Below, piece after piece: positions 41,760 to 51,908 of a stretch of 64,000 nucleotides of DNA. Positions within the stretch are counted from its first letter, which is position 1. The number at the start of each line of letters is the position of its first letter. Position numbers and translations under genes: made by a program. Origin of the DNA: Candidatus Omnitrophota bacterium (lineage in GTDB: Bacteria > Omnitrophota > Gorgyraeia > JAFGHF01); assembly GCA_042571705.1 (NCBI GenBank), contig JBHPFV010000001.1, positions 110,630-174,629 of the forward strand, written 5' to 3'. The notes beneath the pieces were generated by a model. That model worked only from the letters and a program-made list of their open reading frames with translations. It made no database searches and was not told where the DNA came from.

Positions 41760-42629
41760 ATGAAAGTTTATATCAACGGTAAATTTTACGAGAAGAATCA
41801 GGCTAAGATTTCTGTATTTGACCACGGCCTGTTGTATGGCGATGGTGTGTTTGAGGGCATTCGTTCCTACAATAGGCTGGTGTTTAAGTTAAAAGAACAC
41901 GTGGAAAGACTTTTCGAATCGGCCCGAAGTATTATGTTGGATGTGCCGCTGACTCCCAAACAGATGGCCGCGGCGATTATCGCTACGCTAAAAGTGAACA
42001 AACTTAAAGACGCCTATATCCGGGTTTTGGTCACCAGGGGCCCGGGGGATTTGGGTTTGGACCCGCGTAAATGTAAAGGCAATGCCACGGTAGTGATCAT
42101 TACTGATAAAATTGTGCTCTACCCGGAGAAGCTTTACAAAAAGGGTCTGGAGATAATTACAGTGCCGACAGTAAGAAATCTTCCGGAGGCGGTGAACCCG
42201 CAGATTAAATCATTGAACTACCTGAATAACATTTTAGCCAAGATCGAGGCGGTCAATGCCGGTTTTCAGGAGGCGATTATGCTCGACTCGATGGGCTATG
42301 TGGCCGAATGCACCGGCGATAATATCTTTATTGTCAAGCGCGGCGAGCTGTATACCCCGCCGCAGTGCATGGGCAGCTTACGCGGGATTACCCGCGATAG
42401 TGTTTTGGCTATCGCCGGCAAAAAGCGCACTCCGACACACGAACATGTGCTCACCAGGCATGAAGTGTATATCTCTGATGAGGTGTTTTTAACCGGCACC
42501 GCCGCGGAGATTATTCCTGTAGTCAAAGTTGACGGCAGGGTGATCGGCAATGGTAAACCGGGTTGTTTAACCCTGACCTTGATGAAAGAATTTAAAAAAC
42601 TCACCAAAACCGAAGGAGCAAGATACTAA
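41760..42629 (+). CDS. ilvE: branched-chain amino acid aminotransferase (fold-type IV)
   Basis: 289 aa; DHGLLYGDGVFEGIRSY is typical of short BCATs. Confidence 0.75.
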   Translation: MKVYINGKFYEKNQAKISVFDHGLLYGDGVFEGIRSYNRLVFKLKEHVERLFESARSIMLDVPLTPKQMAAAIIATLKVNKLKDAYIRVLVTRGPGDLGLDPRKCKGNATVVIITDKIVLYPEKLYKKGLEIITVPTVRNLPEAVNPQIKSLNYLNNILAKIEAVNAGFQEAIMLDSMGYVAECTGDNIFIVKRGELYTPPQCMGSLRGITRDSVLAIAGKKRTPTHEHVLTRHEVYISDEVFLTGTAAEIIPVVKVDGRVIGNGKPGCLTLTLMKEFKKLTKTEGARY

Positions 42630-42630
42630 A

Positions 42631-43146
42631 ATGACTTGCGATATTTGTCATAAAATCGAAGCCACCGTGCATCTGACCGAAATCGTCGATAATCAGATTA
42701 CCGAACTGCATCTTTGTGAAGAGTGTGCCCGGCAAAAGGGCGCTCAGATGGAGCAGCATTTCGGTTTGGCTGATCTGTTGGCGGGTTTGGCTGATTTCGG
42801 CCAGCAGTTTGAGGCGGCGGGTAAGACCGAATCCAAATGCGGAAATTGCGGACTGGCTTATGAGGATTTTCGCCGGGTCGGCCGTCTGGGTTGCAGCGAA
42901 TGTTATGAGGTGTTTAAGGATAGTTTGGGCGTGTTGCTGAAGCGGATTCATGGCTCAGTGCAACATTTGGGACGGGCTCCGCTGAGAAAAGTCGAACCAG
43001 CGCCGACTACTAAGAAGGCCTCGGAGATAGACGTCTTAAAAGGCAAGCTGCAACGGGCGATTAAAATGGAAGAGTTTGAAGAAGCGGCTCACTTGCGCGA
43101 TAAGATCAGGGCGCTGGAAGTCAAAAAGACTAAATCTAAAAAGTAA
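42631..43146 (+). CDS. mcsA: McsA-like protein-arginine-kinase activator (zinc fingers + UVR motif)
   Basis: CDICH...CEEC and CGNC...CSEC pairs, a C-terminal FEEAAHLRDKIRALE, and mcsB immediately downstream. Confidence 0.75.
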   Translation: MTCDICHKIEATVHLTEIVDNQITELHLCEECARQKGAQMEQHFGLADLLAGLADFGQQFEAAGKTESKCGNCGLAYEDFRRVGRLGCSECYEVFKDSLGVLLKRIHGSVQHLGRAPLRKVEPAPTTKKASEIDVLKGKLQRAIKMEEFEEAAHLRDKIRALEVKKTKSKK

Positions 43147-43166
43147 TTTAACTGGGAGTGACTTTG

Positions 43167-44222
43167 ATGAAACTGAATGATATGGTTAAACAAAACTGCG
43201 AGTGGTTAAAAGGCACCGGCCCCAACTCTAATATCGTAATTTCCAGCCGGATCAGGCTGGCCAGAAACTTACATCAGATTCCTTTTTCGCATTGGGCCAA
43301 CAAACCGCAAAAGGAAGCGATCTTCGGCAAGGCCAAAGAAGCGATCGCCTCCAGTGACTACACCAAGAGCGCGTTATTTCTCAATATGTCGGAGTTAAAC
43401 AATCTGGATAAACAATTTTTAATCGAACGGCATCTGATTTCCAAAGAGCATGCCCTGCGGGCCAACCATAAGGCGGTCATCGTTGACGACAGAGAGATCT
43501 TAAGCGTGATGATTAATGAAGAGGACCACTTAAGGATTCAGGTGATGCAGTCGGGATTCAACCTGAGTGAGGCCTGGCAGATCATGAAAAGGATCGATAG
43601 CGATTTTGAGAAGAAGCTTAACTTCGCTTATTCGGTCAGGTGGGGTTACTTGACCGCCTGTCCGACCAATACCGGCACCGGCCTGCGGGCTTCGGTAATG
43701 TTGCATTTGCCGGCTTTAGTGATGACCAAACAAATTAATAAGGTCTTACAGGCGATCACCAAACTCAATTTGACTGCCCGTGGTTTTTATGGCGAGGGCA
43801 CCGAGGCCAGCGGTAATTTCTTTCAAATTTCCAATCAAGTAACCCTGGGGCATTCCGAAGAAGATATCTTGGATAATATTGAGCGGATTATCAAACAGGT
43901 CATCGGGCACGAACAGAATGCCCGCAAAGTACTTTTTGAACAGGACCGGGCCAGGATTCAAGACCGGATTTGGCGGGCCTACGCTACTTTAAAGAACGCC
44001 CACATCATTACCAGCAAAGAGGCAATCGACTTATTCTCTTCGGTCAGGCTGGGAGTGGATATCGGGATTTTTAAAGATGAGTTAAGCATCCCAACAATTA
44101 ACAAGATCTTTATTTTAATGCAGCCGGCGCATTTGCAGAAGATTGAGGGCAAGAGTCTCACCCCTCAAGAACGGGATATTAAACGCGCAGAATTAATCAG
44201 ACAGGAATTAGGAGGAAAATAG
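43167..44222 (+). CDS. mcsB: protein arginine kinase McsB (ATP:guanido phosphotransferase family)
   Basis: ATG 43167 lies 8 nt after GGGAG. Contains SSRIRLARNL, EEDHLRIQ and TACPTNTGTGLRASVMLHLP. Confidence 0.85.
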   Translation: MKLNDMVKQNCEWLKGTGPNSNIVISSRIRLARNLHQIPFSHWANKPQKEAIFGKAKEAIASSDYTKSALFLNMSELNNLDKQFLIERHLISKEHALRANHKAVIVDDREILSVMINEEDHLRIQVMQSGFNLSEAWQIMKRIDSDFEKKLNFAYSVRWGYLTACPTNTGTGLRASVMLHLPALVMTKQINKVLQAITKLNLTARGFYGEGTEASGNFFQISNQVTLGHSEEDILDNIERIIKQVIGHEQNARKVLFEQDRARIQDRIWRAYATLKNAHIITSKEAIDLFSSVRLGVDIGIFKDELSIPTINKIFILMQPAHLQKIEGKSLTPQERDIKRAELIRQELGGK

Positions 44223-44224
44223 AA

Positions 44225-46651
44225 ATGTTCAACAGGTTCACCGAACGAGCACGCAAGGTAATTATTCTGGCCAAAGAAGAGGCCAAACGTTTTAATCACG
44301 ACTACATCGGCACTGAGCACATCTTATTGGGGTTGATCCGCGAAGGTGAAGGTGTGGCCAGCGCGGTCTTGCAAAATACCGGTCTGAATTTGGACAAGAT
44401 TAGGCTGGAGATTGAAAAGCTGGTCCAGCCGGGACCGGCGACTGTTGTTTCCGGAGATATTCCGTTTACTCCCCGGGCCAAACGCGTGATTGAATTGTCA
44501 ATGGAAGAAGCCAGGGGCTTAGGGCATAATTATATCGGCACTGAGCATCTGTTATTAGGACTGTTGCGCGAGGGAGAAGGAGTAGCCGCGCAGGTGTTGG
44601 TTAGTTTAGGGTTGGATTTGAATAAGGTCAGAAATGAGGTGCTGGAGCTTTTAGGTCAAGGGATACCCGGACACACCCAGCAGGGTCCGGAGGGAACAAA
44701 GACCAAAGGCAAGACCCCGGCTTTAGATGCCTTTGGCCGGGATTTAACCACTTTAGCCCGCGATGGCAAGCTTGATCCGGTGGTGGGCCGTAGCGATGAG
44801 ATTGAGCGGGTGATTCAGGTTTTAAGCCGGCGGACTAAAAACAATCCAGTGCTCTTAGGTGAGGCCGGGGTGGGCAAGACCGCGATTGTTGAGGGCCTGG
44901 CCCAGCAGATTGTGGCCGGGACCGTTCCGGAGGTGCTCAAGGATAAGCGGATGGTGATTATCGATTTGGCGCTGATGGTGGCCGGGACTAAATATCGCGG
45001 ACAATTTGAAGAACGAATCAAGGCGGTCATGGATGAGATTAAGCGCTCCGAAAACATAGTCATGTTTATTGACGAGCTGCATACCTTAGTTGGCGCCGGC
45101 GGCGCTGAAGGGGCGATTGACGCCTCGAATATTTTAAAGCCCGCGCTTTCCCGCGGTGAGATTCAGTGTATTGGCGCCACAACCCTGGATGAATACCGTA
45201 AGCATGTGGAAAAAGACGCCGCGCTTGAGCGCAGGTTCCAGACCATTATGGTCGAACCGCCCTCAGTCCAGCAGACCATCGAAATCTTAAAAGGCTTAAG
45301 AGATAAATATGAGGCCCATCATAAAGTTAAATTTACCGATCAGGCCTTAGAACAGGCGGCTAAGCTTTCCGACCGCTATATTACCGGGCGCTACCTTCCG
45401 GATAAGGCCGTGGATTTGATTGATGAGGCCGGGGCCCGGGCAATGCTTTCGGCCCGGACCGCGCCCACTGATTTAAAGCAGGTCGAAGATAAAATCGAAC
45501 AGATCAGAAAAGAAAAAGAAGCGGCAATTAAGAGCCAGGATTTTGAGAAGGCCGCCCATTTCCGGGACCAGGAGCGCCAGGCCAAACAAGAGCTGGCCAA
45601 GATGAAAGAAGACTGGAAGAAGAAAAAGATTGAGACCCAGCCGGTGGTTAATGAAGAGGAGATTGCCTATATCGTCTCCAAGTGGACCGGGGTGCCGGTG
45701 TCTAAACTGGAACAGAAAGAGTCAGAGAAGCTCTTGAAGATGGAAGAAGAATTGCACCGTAGGGTCATCGGTCAAGATGGGGCGATTGCCGCGATTGCCC
45801 GGGCGATTAGACGCTCGCGGGCCGGGATCAAAGACCCCCGCCGGCCGATTGGGTCTTTTGTGTTTTTAGGGCCGACCGGCGTAGGCAAAAGTTTGCTGGC
45901 CCGGGCCGTAGCCGAATTTATGTTTGGCGATGAAGAGGCCTTGATTCAATTAGATATGTCTGAGTATATGGAAAAATTTAATGTCTCGCGTTTGGTCGGG
46001 GCGCCGCCAGGATACGTAGGCTATGAAGAAGGAGGCCAGCTGACCGAAAAAGTCAGGCGCCGGCCTTATTCGGTGGTTTTGCTTGATGAGATTGAAAAGG
46101 CCCATCCCGACGTGTTTAATATCCTGCTGCAGGTCTTAGAAGACGGCCGGCTGACCGATAGTTTTGGCCGCAAAGTAGATTTCCGCAATGTAGTTTTGAT
46201 TATGACTTCCAACATTGGCGCGGAGATGTTACGCAAACAGGGATCGCTGGGGTTTAAATCACAGGACGCTGGGGTCACTTTTGAAGAAATGAAGAAGAAG
46301 TTGATGGATGAGGTCAGAAGGACGTTTAAGCCGGAATTCTTAAACCGGCTTGACGAAATTAACGTTTTTCACCCATTAAGCAAAGAGGACCTCTACAAGA
46401 TCATCGATATCGAGGTGGGTGAGGTGCAGAAGAGGTTAGCCGAGCAGGACATTAACCTGGAGTTAACCAAAGAGGCCAAGGAATTACTGATCGAAAAGGG
46501 CTTTAATCCTCTATTTGGCGCCCGGCCGCTGAAGAGGACGATCCAGAGATTTTTGGAAGACCCGCTTTCCGAAGAAATAATCAGCAAGAAACATAAAAAG
46601 CTGCGCAAGATTAAAGTCGAGCGCAAAAAAGAAGAATTAGCCTTTGTCTGA
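44225..46651 (+). CDS. clpC: ATP-dependent Clp protease ATP-binding subunit ClpC
   Basis: 808 aa with a double Clp_N repeat, two AAA+ modules and a UVR linker ([13 protein letters not shown]). Confidence 0.9.
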   Translation: MFNRFTERARKVIILAKEEAKRFNHDYIGTEHILLGLIREGEGVASAVLQNTGLNLDKIRLEIEKLVQPGPATVVSGDIPFTPRAKRVIELSMEEARGLGHNYIGTEHLLLGLLREGEGVAAQVLVSLGLDLNKVRNEVLELLGQGIPGHTQQGPEGTKTKGKTPALDAFGRDLTTLARDGKLDPVVGRSDEIERVIQVLSRRTKNNPVLLGEAGVGKTAIVEGLAQQIVAGTVPEVLKDKRMVIIDLALMVAGTKYRGQFEERIKAVMDEIKRSENIVMFIDELHTLVGAGGAEGAIDASNILKPALSRGEIQCIGATTLDEYRKHVEKDAALERRFQTIMVEPPSVQQTIEILKGLRDKYEAHHKVKFTDQALEQAAKLSDRYITGRYLPDKAVDLIDEAGARAMLSARTAPTDLKQVEDKIEQIRKEKEAAIKSQDFEKAAHFRDQERQAKQELAKMKEDWKKKKIETQPVVNEEEIAYIVSKWTGVPVSKLEQKESEKLLKMEEELHRRVIGQDGAIAAIARAIRRSRAGIKDPRRPIGSFVFLGPTGVGKSLLARAVAEFMFGDEEALIQLDMSEYMEKFNVSRLVGAPPGYVGYEEGGQLTEKVRRRPYSVVLLDEIEKAHPDVFNILLQVLEDGRLTDSFGRKVDFRNVVLIMTSNIGAEMLRKQGSLGFKSQDAGVTFEEMKKKLMDEVRRTFKPEFLNRLDEINVFHPLSKEDLYKIIDIEVGEVQKRLAEQDINLELTKEAKELLIEKGFNPLFGARPLKRTIQRFLEDPLSEEIISKKHKKLRKIKVERKKEELAFV

Positions 46652-48171
46652 TGCGCAAAAGACTTAAAACCTTCCTGATCGTTATTCTGATTCTGATTGT
46701 GGCCGCTTATGCGGCCCGGGGGCTTTTGTTTGAGCAGGCCAAAAAACTGATCAAACAGAATCTGGAGCGTAACCTGCCTTGTAAGCTGGCCATCGGTAAG
46801 ATCAGGGCCGGGCTGCTTTATGGATTAGTCCTGGAAGATTTAGAGATTAGTTTTCCCCATGGTTTTTGCGGTTTGGGACTGGATATTCAGGTAGCTGAAG
46901 CCCAGGTTGATTACAATCTCTGGCAGCATATTTTTGACCGCCAGCAAGAAGATGTGCGTAATTTAAGACTGATCGCGCCGAAGATTAATTTTTCTTATCT
47001 AGAGAATAAAAAAGACAGCCAGCCGGTAGGGCCGGAGGGGCTCAAGTTAGGCAATCGCTCCGTAACAGTGTCAACATCCAAAAAAAAGCTTGATTTGCAA
47101 AATTTTGCCCTCACGCTTGAAGGTGGTCAGATCAGATTTATTCAAGACTCTTTCACTGTCAGTGATTTGCAGGGTAAGATCATTTTTGCTGAACAAGGGT
47201 TGTATTTTCGGGATCTTCAGGCCAAGGTAAAAGATAATCAAACCGATGCCTTGCAGGTTGACGGGGAATTATCGGAAAATAATCTTTCTTTGACTACCAG
47301 CCTGGACCATTTGAAGCTGGGTCATGCCGATATTTTAACCAACCTGGTGCTTGATTTAAGTCGCTCCGCTGATTCAGACAATAAGATCAGGGGCACTTTA
47401 AAGACCTATGGCTCCGTGTTCAACAACCGGCCGTTTCCTGAGATGAGCTCTTCTTTTGAAATTCATGATCAGAAGCTGCGGATTTTTGATTTTCGTTTGG
47501 GGGATAATTATAACTTACGGGGCATTGTTAATTTATCCGTTCCGGTCACAGCGGACCTGTCTTTGAATTTTTATCAGGCTGAGCTGAATGAGCTATTGTT
47601 AAGGCTTACTGATGCACCCCAGCTGCAAGGCGAGTTTAATGCCAAAGAACAGTCACAGTTTTCCGGATTGATCAACGGCTTAATTAAGATTACCGGCAAC
47701 CTGCAGGCCCCGGAAGTGGAAGGATATCTGGAGGCCAAAGACGGTCACTTCGGCGACTTATATTTTATCAGCGCCGATATTAACATCAAAGGCCGTTTTC
47801 CCAAAATTATATTTGAGGATTCGCGTATCTTTCGAGAAGATGATTCATTCGTGATGGATGGTGAGCTGGATTTCTCTATTCTCGAGCAGCAGGATTTTGT
47901 AGAATTAAATTTTGAACCTAACAAGGGTATGATTTGGCAAGGCTGGGACATTACCCGCAGGCGCGAAGATCAGTTACGGATGTCCAAAGGCGTGGCCGAA
48001 GATATAAAAATTACCTTTGATACCTATATGGAAGTAGATCAGGAAGATTACGAGGACAATTACACTAATGAGTTTGGAATAGAGTATAAGGTGTTTGGCG
48101 ATAAGCTGATTAAATTACGGATTAAAAAAGATGAGGGCATTCTAGGTTTGGAGCGGAGGATGAAATTTTAA
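46651..48171 (+). CDS. membrane-anchored beta-rich envelope protein (AsmA/TamB-like N-terminus?), function unknown
   Basis: 506 aa with one N-terminal TM helix (FLIVILILIVAAYAA) and a long beta-rich remainder. Translationally coupled to clpC upstream and mlaE downstream. Confidence 0.35.
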   Translation: MRKRLKTFLIVILILIVAAYAARGLLFEQAKKLIKQNLERNLPCKLAIGKIRAGLLYGLVLEDLEISFPHGFCGLGLDIQVAEAQVDYNLWQHIFDRQQEDVRNLRLIAPKINFSYLENKKDSQPVGPEGLKLGNRSVTVSTSKKKLDLQNFALTLEGGQIRFIQDSFTVSDLQGKIIFAEQGLYFRDLQAKVKDNQTDALQVDGELSENNLSLTTSLDHLKLGHADILTNLVLDLSRSADSDNKIRGTLKTYGSVFNNRPFPEMSSSFEIHDQKLRIFDFRLGDNYNLRGIVNLSVPVTADLSLNFYQAELNELLLRLTDAPQLQGEFNAKEQSQFSGLINGLIKITGNLQAPEVEGYLEAKDGHFGDLYFISADINIKGRFPKIIFEDSRIFREDDSFVMDGELDFSILEQQDFVELNFEPNKGMIWQGWDITRRREDQLRMSKGVAEDIKITFDTYMEVDQEDYEDNYTNEFGIEYKVFGDKLIKLRIKKDEGILGLERRMKF

Positions 48172-48947
48172 TGAACAAGCTCCTGAATAGAATAGGAGAG
48201 AGGTTTTTAAGCTTCCTTTATTACAGCGGGGGAGTGCTGCTTTTAGGCTTAAGGGGTTTTTTAGCGATCTTTACTCCTCCGTTTAAGCGCAAACAAATTG
48301 CCGAGCAAATGAGCAAAATCGGAGTGGATAGTTTCTTTATAGTATTTTTGTGTTCTCTGTTTACCGGAATAGTTTTAGTCTTTCAGAGCGCCTATCAGCT
48401 GCAGAGATTAGGGGCCAAAGAGTTAATCGCTCCGTTAGTTGCCCTTTCGATGTGCCGGGAGCTGGGACCGGTGTTTACGGCTTTAATTGTAGCCGGCCGG
48501 GCTGGGGCCTCGATTAGCGCGGAGCTGGGCACGATGAAGGTTACTGAGCAAATCGATGCCTTACAGACCATGGCCACCAACCCAATTAAATATCTGGTCG
48601 CGCCCAGGCTGATAGCGTTAATAGTGATGCTGCCGTTGTTAACGGTTTACGCTAATTTTGTGGGTATCTTCGGCGGGTACATGGTGGCGGTCGGGAAATT
48701 AGGGGTGACTTCCAGTATGTATATCAATTCTACTTTTACCGCCCTGGCCTTAAAAGACGTATTTAGCGGCTTGTTTAAATCCCTGATCTTTGGAGGCATT
48801 ATTTGCGTGGTTTCTTGTTTTCAGGGGTTAAATGCCGAAGGTGGCGCCGAAGGAGTAGGTAAGGCCACGACTCTGGCGGTAGTAATTTCTTTTATCTTGA
48901 TCATTGCCGCGGACTGTTTGTTTACCGCGTTCTTTTACTTTGTCTAG
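48171..48947 (+). CDS. mlaE: Mla-type ABC transporter permease MlaE
   Basis: 258 aa; …CRELGPVFTALIVAGRAGASISAELGTMKVTEQIDAL… is typical of MlaE. Confidence 0.85.
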   Translation: MNKLLNRIGERFLSFLYYSGGVLLLGLRGFLAIFTPPFKRKQIAEQMSKIGVDSFFIVFLCSLFTGIVLVFQSAYQLQRLGAKELIAPLVALSMCRELGPVFTALIVAGRAGASISAELGTMKVTEQIDALQTMATNPIKYLVAPRLIALIVMLPLLTVYANFVGIFGGYMVAVGKLGVTSSMYINSTFTALALKDVFSGLFKSLIFGGIICVVSCFQGLNAEGGAEGVGKATTLAVVISFILIIAADCLFTAFFYFV

Positions 48948-48963
48948 TTAAGCAATGCCTTGA

Positions 48964-48990
48964 GAACCTGTTCCCGCAGGGAACTGGTTC
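48964..48990 (+). repeat. GGAAC-N-GTTCC-family tight hairpin after mlaE
   Basis: GAACCTGTTCCC-gca-GGGAACTGGTTC: 11 of 12 bp with a central T.T mismatch. Confidence 0.55.
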
Positions 48991-49036
48991 CAATTAAGGC
49001 TAAACGGCCGTCAACAGCTTAAACCAAAAAGGTAAC

Positions 49037-49814
49037 ATGATAGAAATAATTAACTTATGCAAGTCTTTTAATAACGGACATCAGGTTTTAAAACACTTAA
49101 ACCTGACCATCAAGCACGGCCAGACCCAGGTAATTATTGGCCGCTCCGGTTGCGGTAAGAGCGTTTTACTTAAGCATATTGTCGGGCTGTTAAAGCCGGA
49201 TTCCGGACAGGTATTTGTTAATGATCAAGATGTGGTCAGGCTTGATGAAAAACAGCTGAATAAAATCCGTCTGAAGATAGGGCTGCTTTTCCAGGGGGCG
49301 GCGCTATTTGATTCGATGACCGTGGGCGAAAACGTAGGTTTTGTCTTGCGCGAGTATACTGATACAGATGAGATAACTATCGTCAAAAGGGTTAAAGAGA
49401 GCTTGGAACTGGTTGGTTTGCGTGGCATTGAACAGCTGATGCCTTCAGAATTAAGCGGCGGAATGAAGAAAAGGGTCGGTCTGGCCCGGGCGATCTGCGC
49501 GCGGCCAGTAATAAACTGTTGTACGATTGGGTCTTTACTCTCTTTTGTATGATGAGCCGACTACCGGAATCGACCCGATTATGGCCGACGCGATTAATAC
49601 CTTGATTCGTGAATTACACGATAAGCTTCAAGTGACTTCCATCGCCGTAACTCACGATATGGTCTCAGCCTATAAGATTGCCGATACAATTTCCATGCTT
49701 TACGACGGCCGGATTATAGAAAGCGGCTCGGCCCAACAAATAAAAGAGAGTAAAGACCCAATCGTACAACAGTTTATTACTGGCGCCGCTCACGGCCCAA
49801 TCACTGATAGATAA
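49037..49814 (+). pseudogene. mlaF: Mla-type ABC ATPase MlaF, frame broken by a 28-nt templated insertion
   Basis: ORF 49037..49552 carries Walker A GRSGCGKS and the signature [15 protein letters not shown]. ORF 49527..49814 carries Walker B [9 protein letters not shown] onward, in the +1 frame. Deleting 49509-49536 gives the continuous sequence ...[19 protein letters not shown]... Confidence 0.75.
49504..49546. repeat. 43-bp perfect inverted repeat with 49742-49784 inside mlaF
   Basis: 49504-49546 is the exact reverse complement of 49742-49784 (base-by-base check). The right copy encodes the native ...KESKDPIVQQFITG... Confidence 0.85.
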
Positions 49815-49833
49815 AAATATACGGGGGTTTCTT

Positions 49834-50532
49834 ATGACAGATAAAGGCTTAGAATTAAAGGTAGGGGTATTCGCGTTTATTGGTCTGATCGTGCTGACCT
49901 GGGCGGTATTTTCGATTAGTGAGATTTATATTTTTAGTCCCGGCTATTTGATTAACGTGGAGTTTAATTTTGCCAGCGGCATCGATGTCGGGGCGCCGGT
50001 ACGCGTGGCTGGCGTGCAGTCCGGAGAGGTTAAAGCGATCGAAATGCAATATGACCCAATCAGCCAAACAGATAAAATAGTGCTTTCGGTTTGGTTGAAC
50101 CAGGGGGTTAAGGTTCCTGCTGACTCCCGGGCCTATGTAAATATGCTGGGCTTGATCGGTGAGGTCTATTTGGAGGTGATCCCCGGAGAAGACTACGCCA
50201 ATTTATTACAACAAGGCAGTCTCTTAGTCGGGCGGGACCCTTTCTCTACGGAAACAATGATGGAAGCGGTACATAAGGTAGCCGACAGCTTTGACGAAGT
50301 TTTGGGTTCAGTAGATGATCTGCTCGATCAAGAAACAAGACAAGCCTTAAAAGACACAGTAACTAATTTTCGCGACTTCTCCGACAGCCTGAAGGTTATT
50401 GCCGGGCGCCTGGAGCGCGGGGAGGGTAAACTCGGCGCTTGGCTTAAACCGCGCAAGAAGCGAACTCCTAAGAAAGAAGAAACAAAAGATAAGAAAGATC
50501 AACTGCAGGGTTCCAGCACGCAAAATTTCTAG
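49834..50532 (+). CDS. mlaD: MlaD (MCE-domain) protein
   Basis: 232 aa with an N-terminal TM helix and an MCE domain (…FASGIDVGAPVRVAGVQSGEV…). Confidence 0.8.
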   Translation: MTDKGLELKVGVFAFIGLIVLTWAVFSISEIYIFSPGYLINVEFNFASGIDVGAPVRVAGVQSGEVKAIEMQYDPISQTDKIVLSVWLNQGVKVPADSRAYVNMLGLIGEVYLEVIPGEDYANLLQQGSLLVGRDPFSTETMMEAVHKVADSFDEVLGSVDDLLDQETRQALKDTVTNFRDFSDSLKVIAGRLERGEGKLGAWLKPRKKRTPKKEETKDKKDQLQGSSTQNF

Positions 50533-50537
50533 ATCAG

Positions 50538-51908
50538 ATGCCTAAATTAAAATCAATATTTATTTGCCAACAATGTGGTTATCAGACGGCCAAGTGGTTA
50601 GGCCGCTGTCCCGATTGCAATAGTTGGAATAGCTTGGTTGAGGAGACGCAAAGCAGCGAGAAGAAACCCGCCCGGTATCAATTTTCTTCATCACATCCTC
50701 CACAATCTCTGGCGGAAGTCGCCACCCATAGCGAAATTAGGCAATCCACCCAGATTAAAGAGCTCGACCGGATTTTAGGCGGCGGGGTGGTCGCGGGTTC
50801 TGTGGTCTTAGTCGGCGGTGAACCGGGCATTGGTAAGTCGACCTTACTTTTGCAGGCCTCCAATAAGTTCAGCGCATCCCGCGGCAAGGTATTATATGTC
50901 AGCGGCGAAGAATCAATTAGCCAGACCAAGCTGCGGGCCAACCGCTTGGGCGAGATCCCCAGGGACTTATATATTGTCAGCGAGACTAATGTTGATTTAA
51001 TCGCTGAATACATTAAAAAAATTTCACCCTCATTAGTGATCATTGATTCTATTCAGGTGGTCTATAGTCCCGGTCTTTCCTCAGGCTCAGGCAGTGTTAG
51101 TCAAGTCAGAGAGTGCGCCGGCATCCTCACCGCCTTAGCCAAAAGTACCAATATCCCGGTGTTTTTGGTCGGCCATGTTACCAAAGAAGGTTTTCTGGCC
51201 GGTCCGCGGGTGTTGGAACATATGGTCGATACGGTACTTTACTTTGAAGGTCAAAGACAGACCGCTTTTAGGGTCTTGCGGGCAGTGAAGAACAGGTTCG
51301 GCTCGACCAATGAAATCGGCGTGTTTCAGATGACCGGCAGCGGACTTTCAGAAGTCAGCAATCCTTCAGAGTTGCTTTTGTCGGAACGCCCGCAACAGGC
51401 CAGTGGCTCGGTGGTCGTGCCTTGCCTGGAAGGGACCCGTCCGCTTTTAGTGGAAATCCAGGCCTTGGTCAGCCGCTCTAATCTGGCCATGCCTCGGCGT
51501 TGGTGCTCAGGATTAGATTATAACCGGATCGCGCTGTTAATCGCGGTGTTAGAAAAACGGGCCGGGTTAAATTTAGCCAGTCAGGATATATTTGTCAACG
51601 TGGTCGGCGGGGTCAAGGTCCAGGAGCCGGCAATTGATTTAGGCGTGGCCTTGGCGGTGGCCTCCAGTTTAAAAGAGGTGCCCGCTGATCATCAAGATGT
51701 CTTTTTAGGCGAGGTCGGCTTAAGCGCTGAGATCCGGGCGATTAATCAGGCTGAGGTCAGAATCCAGGAAGCGCAAAGACTGGGATTCAAACGTTGTATA
51801 ATCGCTAAGAATAACCTTAAGGGTTTAACCCAGAAGATTAAGGGTGGAATTGAGTTGGTTGGCGTGGAGACGCTCAGCCAGGCCTTAGAAGTAGCGTTAA
51901 GGAAATGA
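50538..51908 (+). CDS. radA: DNA repair protein RadA/Sms
   Basis: CQQCGYQTAKWLGRCPDCNSWNS zinc finger, Walker A GEPGIGKST, KNRFG motif and a Lon-like C-terminus. Confidence 0.9.
   Translation: MPKLKSIFICQQCGYQTAKWLGRCPDCNSWNSLVEETQSSEKKPARYQFSSSHPPQSLAEVATHSEIRQSTQIKELDRILGGGVVAGSVVLVGGEPGIGKSTLLLQASNKFSASRGKVLYVSGEESISQTKLRANRLGEIPRDLYIVSETNVDLIAEYIKKISPSLVIIDSIQVVYSPGLSSGSGSVSQVRECAGILTALAKSTNIPVFLVGHVTKEGFLAGPRVLEHMVDTVLYFEGQRQTAFRVLRAVKNRFGSTNEIGVFQMTGSGLSEVSNPSELLLSERPQQASGSVVVPCLEGTRPLLVEIQALVSRSNLAMPRRWCSGLDYNRIALLIAVLEKRAGLNLASQDIFVNVVGGVKVQEPAIDLGVALAVASSLKEVPADHQDVFLGEVGLSAEIRAINQAEVRIQEAQRLGFKRCIIAKNNLKGLTQKIKGGIELVGVETLSQALEVALRK

Noticed and set aside
49504-49784. 43-bp inverted repeats in mlaF as an invertase-driven phase-variation switch
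   Set aside because: Inverting the 195-bp segment between the repeats would place Walker B antisense and could not restore the frame. No recombinase gene is nearby. A simple excision of 28 nt restores a canonical sequence, which points to a templated insertion or an artefact.
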